Positions 9,342-19,528 of a stretch of 64,000 nt of DNA are shown here, piece after piece. Every line of letters begins with the position of its first letter. Position 1 is the stretch's first letter. The DNA lies in contig JAFYXH010000001.1 in assembly GCA_017546315.1 (NCBI GenBank), positions 8,247 through 72,246 of the forward strand, read 5' to 3'. The notes below the pieces were generated by a model. The model had not been told where the DNA came from. It was given only the letters and a program-made list of their open reading frames with translations, and made no database searches. The DNA comes from Alphaproteobacteria bacterium. Lineage in GTDB: Bacteria; Pseudomonadota; Alphaproteobacteria; RF32; CAG-239. The translations under genes were made by a program, and so were the position numbers.

Positions 9342-10552
9342 GATTTTACGGTGATATTACGTGTAAATTTGCAAACCTTTTGAAGTTCTGTTTCTACTCG
9401 ATTGACTAACACTTGAGGCCCTGCATCACTTCTTTTTATCTCTCCTACACATTGAGATATTGTTAGTTGCAGATGATTTGTTTCATTAAAAATAAATATA
9501 GATGTAGCAATTGATCTACGTATCTCTTCTGCTTTATCAAAACAAGCTAGGGTATTGATGTTTGTAAAAACTAAAATTAAAACATCATCTTGATAATTAT
9601 ATATCTTTACACTTGGATTTACCTTGAGAATTTGCTTAATAAACATCTTTTTTAACAATAAGGTTTTATGCTTACCGAATCGCTTTAATAAACGCCCATA
9701 TTCATCTATACACAATAGTGATATACTGTATTTGGGCAGATATTTTTTTTCTGCATCCAATATGAATAAATTGTAATTTGGAATATTAATATCCTCATCT
9801 TTGTAGCGAATGTAGTATGTATAATACATAGTCATTATGCATTCTATCAAAATAGCTGTAAAGAAAAACAAACTATAAGCTAAAAGATTATCTGAATACA
9901 TCATTGCAAACAACAATGATATAGATGAAAACAAAGTCTTAGCGGTTAAAATCCTGCCTTTTGCTATGTAATTTATAAATAGAGCTAATATACAAATCAA
10001 AGAAATATAAAATGCTGGGTAATTTAATGATGCTATATGTTTATAGAAAAAAGTTGAATCAGCTTCCACGGTTTGATTTTGAATTTTTTCTACAATTGCG
10101 GTTTCTAGTAGTATCAGAATAAATAATAAATTCCATTTTTTTCTAACTTTTGTGATTTTCAATAAAATATTTGTCAGCAACATATTAGGAATAACAAACA
10201 TTGTCCAAATATTATAAGAACCTGAAAAAATATAATCTTCACCATACGCATAGCGACTACTATTTATAAGGATATAACTGATATAAATTATACTAGAACA
10301 AATAAAAGAGCTGATAATCCGCATACGCGCAGAGAAAACAACACTTATAAGTATTGTACAGATAAACAAAGTATGAAATGTGTTATAAAGATGCTCATCA
10401 AATGTTTGCATTGAAAAAAAATAAACACAAATAAAACCAAGAATTATAGCAGGAAACATCAAGCTCTTGCTATATGAAATAATTTTTTGTGGCTTTATCC
10501 CTAAATCTATCATACCCTTCTCCATTGCGCAGTTTGGAGAAGAATATAACAA
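9338..10552 (-). CDS. Polytopic membrane protein with a degenerate (YQDDV) GGDEF-like C-terminal domain
   Basis: ~8-10 TM helices followed by a ~150-aa domain that aligns by eye to GGDEF. LLCIDEYGRLLKRFGKHK corresponds to lDiDhFK.iND.yGH, YQDDVLILVF replaces GGDEFaill (nt 9581-9595), followed by AEEIRRSI and LTISQCVGE. Confidence 0.55.
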   Translation of the reverse strand: MLYSSPNCAMEKGMIDLGIKPQKIISYSKSLMFPAIILGFICVYFFSMQTFDEHLYNTFHTLFICTILISVVFSARMRIISSFICSSIIYISYILINSSRYAYGEDYIFSGSYNIWTMFVIPNMLLTNILLKITKVRKKWNLLFILILLETAIVEKIQNQTVEADSTFFYKHIASLNYPAFYISLICILALFINYIAKGRILTAKTLFSSISLLFAMMYSDNLLAYSLFFFTAILIECIMTMYYTYYIRYKDEDINIPNYNLFILDAEKKYLPKYSISLLCIDEYGRLLKRFGKHKTLLLKKMFIKQILKVNPSVKIYNYQDDVLILVFTNINTLACFDKAEEIRRSIATSIFIFNETNHLQLTISQCVGEIKRSDAGPQVLVNRVETELQKVCKFTRNITVKS

Positions 10553-10557
10553 AATAG

Positions 10558-11640
10558 TTAAATTTTATTTACACATTTTAAAATAGAACTATCGCCATAA
10601 GAATAAAAACGATAACGTTGCTTTATGGCATGCGCATACGCCTCTTTCATCCTTTCGGTTCCAGCTATTGCACAAATCAACATAAACAAAGTAGATTTAG
10701 GTAAGTGAAAATTGGTTATAATATAATCTATAATTTTAAATTTATATCCTGGAGTAATAAATATTGCAGTATCGCCTTTGAAAGGATGCAAAACACCATT
10801 TTCATCTGCAGCTGTTTCTAATAGGCGCACAGACGTTGTCCCTACTGCTATAACTCTACGACCTTCTTTTTTAGCATTATTTATTATCTCACAGGCCTCT
10901 TTAGTTATCTCACCATATTCGGCGTGCATTTTATGATCTTCTGTATTATCTGTTTTTACAGGCAAAAATGTTCCTGCCCCAACATGAAGCGTTAAAAATA
11001 CTTGCTCAACCCCTTTGAGTTGTAGTTTTTTTAATACATCATCCGTAAAATGAAGCCCTGCTGTTGGAGCTGCAACGGCACCAACATGTTTAGCATATAC
11101 AGTTTGGTAATCTTCTTTATCGTTATATTTATTCCAAATTCCTGTTGTTGGCTTATCTCTTTTTATATATGGAGGAAGAGGCATTAGACCATAAATTTCT
11201 AGATTTTTAGATAACTCTTCAACATCACACAAAAACTCTATCAATACACCATCTTCACCATGTTTCTCGATAACTTTTGCCTTAAATAATGAATCTATTA
11301 TAGTTATATCTGTTGTATAAAAGGTAATTATATCATTTGGACGCAAACGTTTTGAATTTTTAACAAAAGCCCACCAAACACACCCTGCTTCTGGATGATA
11401 GAGAGTTACCTCAACTTCTGCCTCCCCTCTTTTGCCATACAAGCGAGCAGGTATAACCTTTGTATTATTAAACACTAAAACATCACCTTTTTCTAAAATT
11501 TCAGGTAATTCATAAAAAAATTTATCACCAATCGTACCGTCGTTGGTTAAATCTAAAAGCCTAGATGTATCTCTTGGAGATGCAGGATGTTTAGCAATAA
11601 GCTCTTTATCTAAGTCAAAATCAAATAAATCTACGCGCAT
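10558..11640 (-). CDS. queA: S-adenosylmethionine:tRNA ribosyltransferase-isomerase
   Basis: MRVDLFDFDLDKELIAKHPASPRDTSRLL, VAAPTAGLHFT and GTTSVR are canonical QueA motifs. 360 aa. Confidence 0.93.
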   Translation of the reverse strand: MRVDLFDFDLDKELIAKHPASPRDTSRLLDLTNDGTIGDKFFYELPEILEKGDVLVFNNTKVIPARLYGKRGEAEVEVTLYHPEAGCVWWAFVKNSKRLRPNDIITFYTTDITIIDSLFKAKVIEKHGEDGVLIEFLCDVEELSKNLEIYGLMPLPPYIKRDKPTTGIWNKYNDKEDYQTVYAKHVGAVAAPTAGLHFTDDVLKKLQLKGVEQVFLTLHVGAGTFLPVKTDNTEDHKMHAEYGEITKEACEIINNAKKEGRRVIAVGTTSVRLLETAADENGVLHPFKGDTAIFITPGYKFKIIDYIITNFHLPKSTLFMLICAIAGTERMKEAYAHAIKQRYRFYSYGDSSILKCVNKI

Positions 11641-11737
11641 ATTTTCCTCAAAAAAATGTATTTTTCTTGCTTTATAGAACGTTTATTTATATTTAGCAAC
11701 CACATTTTGTCAAAAAAAATTAAAACAAAATTTACTA

Positions 11738-11766
11738 TTGACAATTTTTTAAAAAATAATTAAAAT
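11738..11766 (+). promoter_or_regulatory. Sigma-70-type promoter candidate for the 1,109-aa gene
   Basis: TTGACA (11738-11743), a 17-nt spacer, then TAAAAT (11761-11766). It lies ~75 nt upstream of the ATG at 11843, which has an AGGAG RBS at 11827-11831. Confidence 0.55.
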
Positions 11767-11842
11767 CGACAAAAAACTATTGAAAGTATAAAAAAAATGG
11801 GGTAAACTACCCACAAATAACAACTTAGGAGTTAAAATAAAA

Positions 11843-14800
11843 ATGGCTAAATCAATGACGCTTGAAGAAGCATACGAAATCGCAGGTGGCTACAACCAAG
11901 TTCCTGTTTCTGAAGAGACATTTGCTGAAGCTTTGGAAATGGTAAGACAAGATGATGAAGAAATGGCAAAATCACTCAAGGAAGCCCGTGACCACGAACT
12001 TTCGCTAAAAGCCAAAATGAAAGCAGAAGAAGAAATAGTTGTTGATGCAGGTGTTTTAGCTGAAAATACTGAGTATCTTTATAAGATGTTAGTTTCTGAT
12101 TCTTTTGATGATAAATTACATAAAGATCCTGAGATTATTGAAGCTATAAAAAATACTCCTATTATCGATACTGATGATGGCCAAACATTTACACAACTCA
12201 GTGATGAAGAAAAAAGCAAACAATATGAGATGCTTTTTGAAAAATCTAAATTAGATACATTGTGTGAACTATCACGCAATAAGGATTTTGGTGAAAAATC
12301 AGAAAAAGAGAAAGAGATTTGTGTTTTTGAAGAAACAAAGATGTCCTTTTTAGGGACCTTAATGGAATTAAGAACGACATCTCTATTAGAAAAACAAATA
12401 CCTGAATACGCAAAAGCCTACGCAGATGATGATGAAGATAAAGCTGTTGAGTTCTTTTCACGTCAACAAGTTAATATAGCTAGCAATGTCTTACAAGATA
12501 AAGCGTGTAATTTTGGTAATTCTAATGATGCAGACCCAGAAGTTGTTGAAATCAGCAAATCACAAGTAATTTTTGCTTGTTCTCATTCTGAAGCAAAAGC
12601 AGAAGAGCACAGAAAAAAAATTATAGATTCCCCTCAAAGAAATGACAAAGCTAAGAGAAAACACCTCAACACAGCTGCATCATATATAAATAAATTTAAA
12701 ACATCTTTTAGTTCTAAAGCACATAACCTTTGGAAAGAAAGATTCGTTGTTGCAAACAACTTACGTGATAAAGCTCCTAAAATTATAACAGATGTATCTG
12801 CAACAATCGCTGTGGCTGGGATTTCCATTGCTAACGCCCCATGGCTTACAGGTGCTGTTTTAACCTATGGTGCATATAAAGTAGCCTCTTCTTGGGCTTG
12901 GCCAATTATTACAGAAGCAAGAAGAGAAGCTCGTATTGAAAGAAAAGAAGGTAAACCATCTAAAGTAAAATTTGTTGATAGATTACGTGAAGCTTCTGAA
13001 AATATTTTTAATAACAAAGATAAGCGTATGGCATATTTCAAAGAGGCTGGCTGGGGAACTGCTGCTGGTCTTGTTGGCTTAGGTGCTGCGGGAGCTGCCA
13101 CTTCAGCTATTGCTGCCAAAGCAGCTCAGTCAATGGCTAATATGGCTGTTAGATCTTTTAACAATGCGATAAACACCGTAAATGCATTAAAGAACAAAAA
13201 TATGAGTTGGACTAAAAAATTAACCTTAGGAGCAGGAGCTTTAATTGGTGGTGGTTTATTGTATGATTATATTAGTGATCATGATTTTGGAGATTTGTTT
13301 ACTGATGGCAAAGTTTCTACAAACCTTCCTACAACTGAAACAACTACGGCTACACCAGCTGTGCTTGCTGAACAAGAAGATACTTTAAAAGTTCCTGTCG
13401 CAGAACCTGTAGCTCCTAAAGTAGAGGATGTAAAAGAACAATTAGCAGCTGCAACTCAAAGTGCAGTCAAGGCTCCTGAAGTATGGACTGCTGAAACAGG
13501 CATCACTCAAGATCAGTGGGCTAAGCTACAAACATACTGGAATGAAGATCCTGAAAAATATCAAGAATTCTATGCAAGAATAGATAATAAGATGCTTGAA
13601 AAAGGTGGTATTTTTGAAGGAATGACACGAGATCAAGTTTTATTTAGATATGAAAGACTATCTTCTTGGAACTCACCTTCACATGAAGATACTATTAAAA
13701 ATTTAGATAACTTTTTTGAATGCAGGGAAAAAATTACATTAACAGAGCAAGATATCAACATTTTAAGAAGTGTGAATGAATATGGTGAAATAGAGGGTGT
13801 AATAGGAACTAAAAACATTATTGTTGTAGGTAGAAACATCAATTGCCAAGAAGGAAGCTCTCTTGTTATTGAAGAAGTTTCTAAAAAAGGCACTATCTTA
13901 GAAGAAACCACACCAACTAATGTTGAAACACTTACCCCTACAGGTGGAGCTGAAGCCTTATCTAATGGTAATGTCATTCATAAAACAGATGGACAACTAG
14001 AGACACAATATACAGTTGACAAAGAAGCAAGCGCTACAGTTTACCAAGGAAATAACCAAACACTTGTAGAACAGGTAGAAAATATTGATGCTAATAAAGT
14101 TACAACTGATGCTGAAAACGTAAATATTAAGTTTAATGGTCAAGGCAACGTAACGGTGGAAGCAACTGGTGAGGCTTATAACTTCAATGCTAATGGTGAG
14201 AGCACTCAGGTAAAAGTAGAAGCAACTGGTGAGGCTTATAACTTCAATGCTAATGGTGAGAGCACTCAGGTAAAAGTAGAAGCAACTAGTGAAGCTCGTA
14301 GCTTTAATCTTAGTGATAGAGAAACACCAACACCATCTGAAACTGAATATGAGTTCTTCGAAGACGGAGATGATGTTGAAAAAGGAACACCTGCCGCTGG
14401 CAACGTTGATGCACGTGGAGGCTTTGAAAATACAGGTCTTACAGAACAACAAGTTAACGCTACTAAAGTCTATTTCCAAAATATGCACGGTGAAAATGCT
14501 TACGACGACTTTGCAAAACGAATCACCGACGAAATGCGTGCAAAAGGTGGTGTATTTGAAGGAAAGAGCGTTGAACAATCTATGTATGCTGTAATGCAAA
14601 TGGACAAATGGTCTGATGAAAATGTTGGTGAATTTGCTAAAGAAATTAAGATGACATTGAGCTATTTAAAAGAATGTGATGAGAGTCTTACTGAAGAGCA
14701 AATGAACAAAATCAAACTAATTATTGATAGAGTTAATGACGATGGCACAATGGAAGGTGTTATTGGTAAAAACGCTGTTAATGTTGTTGAACACCAAGTA

Positions 14801-15172
14801 CAAGACTGTGGTGAGACAGGTGTGCGTAAAATTGTAAGCGCTGCTGAAGGACACACAGAAGGCAGTGGCTCTGGAATGAGAGAAGTATATATGCGCCCAA
14901 TTGAGAAAGCTACTTCATCTACTCCTGTTATAACAAGGGTTGAAGGACAGCAAGCATTAAACTTAACAGAAAACCAGTCAACAGATGCAACTGTATTTAA
15001 AGGCAACAACACTACTGCTGAAAAAGTTGTCGCTACGGATGTTACCCCTTCAAGCGTAGAAACAGATGCAAAAAATGTAAAAATATCTACACAAGTAGTA
15101 GAAGAAAACGTGAAAGTATCTGTTAAATATGGAAATGTTCAGAATTTTAACATTGATTCAAATATAAGGTAA
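11843..15172 (+). CDS. Orphan modular protein: acidic N-terminal region, central hydrophobic block, duplicated C-terminal module
   Basis: Long uninterrupted ORF with RBS, promoter and terminator. It has no signal peptide. Hydrophobic or Gly/Ala-rich stretches lie at nt ~12781-12915, 13048-13125 and 13221-13275. Two paralogous modules occupy the C-terminal half. I recognise no family. Confidence 0.8.
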   Translation: MAKSMTLEEAYEIAGGYNQVPVSEETFAEALEMVRQDDEEMAKSLKEARDHELSLKAKMKAEEEIVVDAGVLAENTEYLYKMLVSDSFDDKLHKDPEIIEAIKNTPIIDTDDGQTFTQLSDEEKSKQYEMLFEKSKLDTLCELSRNKDFGEKSEKEKEICVFEETKMSFLGTLMELRTTSLLEKQIPEYAKAYADDDEDKAVEFFSRQQVNIASNVLQDKACNFGNSNDADPEVVEISKSQVIFACSHSEAKAEEHRKKIIDSPQRNDKAKRKHLNTAASYINKFKTSFSSKAHNLWKERFVVANNLRDKAPKIITDVSATIAVAGISIANAPWLTGAVLTYGAYKVASSWAWPIITEARREARIERKEGKPSKVKFVDRLREASENIFNNKDKRMAYFKEAGWGTAAGLVGLGAAGAATSAIAAKAAQSMANMAVRSFNNAINTVNALKNKNMSWTKKLTLGAGALIGGGLLYDYISDHDFGDLFTDGKVSTNLPTTETTTATPAVLAEQEDTLKVPVAEPVAPKVEDVKEQLAAATQSAVKAPEVWTAETGITQDQWAKLQTYWNEDPEKYQEFYARIDNKMLEKGGIFEGMTRDQVLFRYERLSSWNSPSHEDTIKNLDNFFECREKITLTEQDINILRSVNEYGEIEGVIGTKNIIVVGRNINCQEGSSLVIEEVSKKGTILEETTPTNVETLTPTGGAEALSNGNVIHKTDGQLETQYTVDKEASATVYQGNNQTLVEQVENIDANKVTTDAENVNIKFNGQGNVTVEATGEAYNFNANGESTQVKVEATGEAYNFNANGESTQVKVEATSEARSFNLSDRETPTPSETEYEFFEDGDDVEKGTPAAGNVDARGGFENTGLTEQQVNATKVYFQNMHGENAYDDFAKRITDEMRAKGGVFEGKSVEQSMYAVMQMDKWSDENVGEFAKEIKMTLSYLKECDESLTEEQMNKIKLIIDRVNDDGTMEGVIGKNAVNVVEHQVQDCGETGVRKIVSAAEGHTEGSGSGMREVYMRPIEKATSSTPVITRVEGQQALNLTENQSTDATVFKGNNTTAEKVVATDVTPSSVETDAKNVKISTQVVEENVKVSVKYGNVQNFNIDSNIR
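14161..14280 (+). repeat. Perfect 2 x 60-bp in-frame tandem repeat inside the 1,109-aa CDS
   Basis: Nt 14161-14220 and 14221-14280 are identical (agcaactggtgaggcttataacttcaatgctaatggtgagagcactcaggtaaaagtaga). They encode EATGEAYNFNANGESTQVKV twice. A diverged partial third copy follows from 14281 (EATSEARSFNLSD). Confidence 0.97.
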
Positions 15173-15228
15173 TATTATTAGTAAATCTTGAATTTAATAA
15201 ATAAGATTGAACTTATATAAATTAACTT

Positions 15229-15256
15229 AAAAGCACTTCAAATGAAGTGCTTTTTG
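15229..15256 (+). terminator. Rho-independent terminator
   Basis: aaaagcacttc-aaat-gaagtgctttt hairpin followed by a T-run, ~55 nt after the stop at 15172. Confidence 0.8.
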
Positions 15257-15375
15257 TTATTTGGAGCTTTTATTAAATCAGTAAAACTGTGGATAACTAT
15301 CTTAAGAAAAGGTTAAATTTTAAAATTTTGTTGAAAATAAAGGAATAAATGATATTTTATGCTCGATTTTAATAA

Positions 15376-16434
<1,059 letters not shown>

Positions 16435-16443
16435 TATATATTT

Positions 16444-16497
16444 CCCTGCGTAGACATGGCTATTTTGTTATGCCAAATTTACGCAGGGATTTTTTAT
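16444..16497 (+). terminator. Putative terminator hairpin after gap
   Basis: ccctgcgta (16444-16452) pairs with tacgcaggg (16480-16488), followed by atttttt. The loop is long (~27 nt), so it is weaker than a textbook terminator. Confidence 0.5.
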
Positions 16498-16512
16498 TTT
16501 TAGGAAAATACT

Positions 16513-17724
16513 ATGACAGAATATAGAACAATTAGCGACTTAGGTGATTTAGGTGGTAAAGTAGCAATGCTTAGAGCAGACCTTAATGTTCCTATGGATG
16601 AAAATTTCAACGTTACAAACACTGCAAGAATCGATAGAACTGTTCCAACAATTAAAGCGTTGATGGAAAAAGGTGCTAAAGTTGTTGTAATATCTCACTT
16701 CGGAAGACCAGAAGGCAAAGGTGATGTTAAAAACTCTTTATCTCATATCGTAAAAGATTTAGAAAAAGCTTTAGGCAAAAAAGTTATCTTTGTAGAAGAT
16801 TGCATTGGCGAAAAAGTTGAAAACGCTGTTAAAAATATGAATAGCGATGAAGTTTTACTTTTAGAAAACTTACGTTTTTATAACGAAGAAAAGAAAGGTG
16901 ATGAAGCTTGGGCTAAAGAATTAGTAAAAATTTGCGACGTTTACGTTTCTGACGCATTCTCTACTGCTCACAGAGCTCACGCTTCTATGGTTGCCGCTGC
17001 AAAAGAACGCCCATCTTCTATGGGACTTTTAATGGCAGAAGAAGTTAATGCTTTATCTACTGGCTTAAACAACCCTGTTAGACCTTTAATTGCTATTGTT
17101 GGCGGTTCAAAAGTTTCTACAAAACTAGACTTATTAAACAACCTAGTTAAGAAAGTTGACAAACTTGTTATATCTGGAGGTATGGCTCATACTTTCATGA
17201 AAGCCAATGGTGTTGACACAATCAACCAAGAAAACTCTTTAGTTCAAATGGATATGCTTGACACAGCAAAAGAAATTATGGCTACTGCTAAAGCAAACAA
17301 CTGCGAAATTATCCTACCTAAAGATGTTGTTGTATCTAAAGAATTTAAGCCAATGGCCGAGCACAAAACAGTTGAACTTTCCGACATTCCACAAGAAGGA
17401 TGGAGCCTACTTGATGTTGGTGCAAAAACAATTGAAGCAATTAACGCTAAATTAGATGCATGCAAAACATTAGTTTGGAACGGCCCTTTAGGAGTATTTG
17501 AAATGAAACCTTTTGACACAGCTACAAATGCTGTTGCTCAATATGCTGCAAAATTAACAGAAGAAGGTAAATTAACTTCTGTTGCTGGTGGTGGCGATAC
17601 TGTTTCTGCTCTTGAAAATGCTGGTGTTGCAAATAAATTTTCTTATATTTCTACTGCCGGTGGTGCATTCTTAGAATGGATGGAAGGTAAAGAACTTCCT
17701 GGGGTTCAAGTTATGAAGAAATAA
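16513..17724 (+). CDS. pgk: Phosphoglycerate kinase
   Basis: 403 aa. RADLNVPMD, ISHFGRP and GGGDT..A are typical Pgk motifs, and the gene follows gap as usual. Confidence 0.95.
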   Translation: MTEYRTISDLGDLGGKVAMLRADLNVPMDENFNVTNTARIDRTVPTIKALMEKGAKVVVISHFGRPEGKGDVKNSLSHIVKDLEKALGKKVIFVEDCIGEKVENAVKNMNSDEVLLLENLRFYNEEKKGDEAWAKELVKICDVYVSDAFSTAHRAHASMVAAAKERPSSMGLLMAEEVNALSTGLNNPVRPLIAIVGGSKVSTKLDLLNNLVKKVDKLVISGGMAHTFMKANGVDTINQENSLVQMDMLDTAKEIMATAKANNCEIILPKDVVVSKEFKPMAEHKTVELSDIPQEGWSLLDVGAKTIEAINAKLDACKTLVWNGPLGVFEMKPFDTATNAVAQYAAKLTEEGKLTSVAGGGDTVSALENAGVANKFSYISTAGGAFLEWMEGKELPGVQVMKK

Positions 17725-17745
17725 AATATTTTCTCATAAAAAACC

Positions 17746-17777
17746 AAAAAGAGCATTCATTTGATTGCTCTTTTTTT
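17746..17777 (+). terminator. Rho-independent terminator after pgk
   Basis: aaaaagagca-ttcatttgat-tgctcttttttt: a stem followed by a T-run. Confidence 0.7.
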
Positions 17778-17932
17778 ATACCTCTCATTCTTAAATAAAC
17801 TAAATTTTTTAACCTTAATAATTAGAAAATATTTTTTAAGTTTTTTTATATTCACAGATTAGATTGTTATCATTGCAAAATATTTTATACCTGCTAGTTT
17901 ATTGTCATGTTTTAATGATGAGGAGTTATGAA

Positions 17933-19498
17933 ATGAGTAAAAAAGCTATTATCATTGGTGCTGGACCTGCGGGTTTGACTGCTGCGTATGAGTTATTGGA
18001 ACGCTCAGACATTAAACCACTTTTATTAGAAGAAAATGATTTCGTTGGCGGCATTAGTGCAACTCTGGACTACAAGAATAACAAGATTGACATGGGTGGT
18101 CATAGATTTTTTTCTAAATCTGAAAGAGTTATGAATTGGTGGCTTGATATTCTACCTTTACAAGGTAAACCATCTAAAGATGATATTCTCCTTGATAGAA
18201 CTATAGAACTATCCCCTTTAAGTAAAGCTCCAAATCCAGAAAAAACAGATAAGGTTATGCTTAGACGTAATAGGCTTTCTAGAATTTTTTACTTAAAGAC
18301 ATTTTTCAATTATCCTGTGAGCCTTAACATGGATACAATCAGAGGACTTGGACTTTGGAGAATGTTTAAAATTGGATGTTCTTATTTGAAAGCACTTGCG
18401 TTCCCAATCAAAGATGAAAAATCTTTAGAAGATTTTATGATAAATCGTTTTGGAAGAGAATTATATCTTACATTTTTTAAGGATTATACAGAAAAGCTTT
18501 GGGGAATTGATTGTAATAAAATCTCTGCTGAATGGGGTGCTCAAAGAATCAAAGGCATCTCTATTCTTAAAGTTATAAAACAAATGTTTAACAACCTTGT
18601 TGGCAAGAAAGGCGGAGCGGTTGAAACTAGTTTTATTGAAAGCTTTTTCTATCCTAAATTTGGCCCTGGTCATCTATGGCAAAATGTTGCTGATATTGTA
18701 ACTAAAAAAGGAGGAGAAATCCGCTTTAATGAAAAAGTTTCAAGAATCATTAAAGAAGATAATAAAATTATCGCAGTTGAAACAACTGATGCTAAAGGCA
18801 ATAAAAAAGTTTACGAAGGAGATATTTTTATCTCAACTATGCCTGTAAAAGATTTGATTTTATCTATGAACGATACTCCTTCCTCTATCCAAGAAATTGC
18901 CGATGGCTTAATGTATAGAGATTTTAGAGTTGTTGGTGTATTATTGGATAAATTGAAATTAAAAAATAATACCGCAATTAAAACTGTAAATAATATAATT
19001 CCTGATACTTGGATTTATGTTCAAGAAAGAGATGTTAAATTGGGTCGTGTTCAAGTATTCAATAACTGGAGCCCTTATTTGGTTGATGATTTCAAAAATA
19101 AAGTTTGGATTGGACTTGAATATTTTTGTAATGAAAATGATCATATATGGACTGACAACGATAAAGATTTTATCGAGTTTGCAATTGGTGAAGCTGATAA
19201 AATTGGCATTTTTGACAAGAATGATGTTGTTGATACATGTACTCACAAAGTAAAAAAAGCATACCCTGCTTACTTTGGCACATATGATAAATTTGATGAG
19301 ATAAAAAATTATGTAAACGACTTTGAGAATCTTTATCTTGTTGGTAGAAATGGTATGCATAGATATAATAACATGGATCACTCCACATTAGCTGCCATGA
19401 AAACTGTTGATTTGATTTTAGGCGTTATTTCGAACAAAGATGAAGTTTGGTCTGTCAATACAGAATCTGATTACCACGAAGAGAAAAAAGCGGCTTAA
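17933..19498 (+). CDS. NAD(P)/FAD-dependent oxidoreductase (amine-oxidase / UDP-galactopyranose-mutase-like fold)
   Basis: Rossmann dinucleotide motif [19 protein letters not shown], then E-x-x-x-x-VGG and [10 protein letters not shown]. The ATG at 17933 has an AGGAG RBS at 17921-17925, so the upstream extension of the ORF track is unlikely to be real. Confidence 0.7.
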   Translation: MSKKAIIIGAGPAGLTAAYELLERSDIKPLLLEENDFVGGISATLDYKNNKIDMGGHRFFSKSERVMNWWLDILPLQGKPSKDDILLDRTIELSPLSKAPNPEKTDKVMLRRNRLSRIFYLKTFFNYPVSLNMDTIRGLGLWRMFKIGCSYLKALAFPIKDEKSLEDFMINRFGRELYLTFFKDYTEKLWGIDCNKISAEWGAQRIKGISILKVIKQMFNNLVGKKGGAVETSFIESFFYPKFGPGHLWQNVADIVTKKGGEIRFNEKVSRIIKEDNKIIAVETTDAKGNKKVYEGDIFISTMPVKDLILSMNDTPSSIQEIADGLMYRDFRVVGVLLDKLKLKNNTAIKTVNNIIPDTWIYVQERDVKLGRVQVFNNWSPYLVDDFKNKVWIGLEYFCNENDHIWTDNDKDFIEFAIGEADKIGIFDKNDVVDTCTHKVKKAYPAYFGTYDKFDEIKNYVNDFENLYLVGRNGMHRYNNMDHSTLAAMKTVDLILGVISNKDEVWSVNTESDYHEEKKAA

Positions 19499-19528
19499 AA
19501 ACCGCTTTCATCTTATAGAGATAAAACA

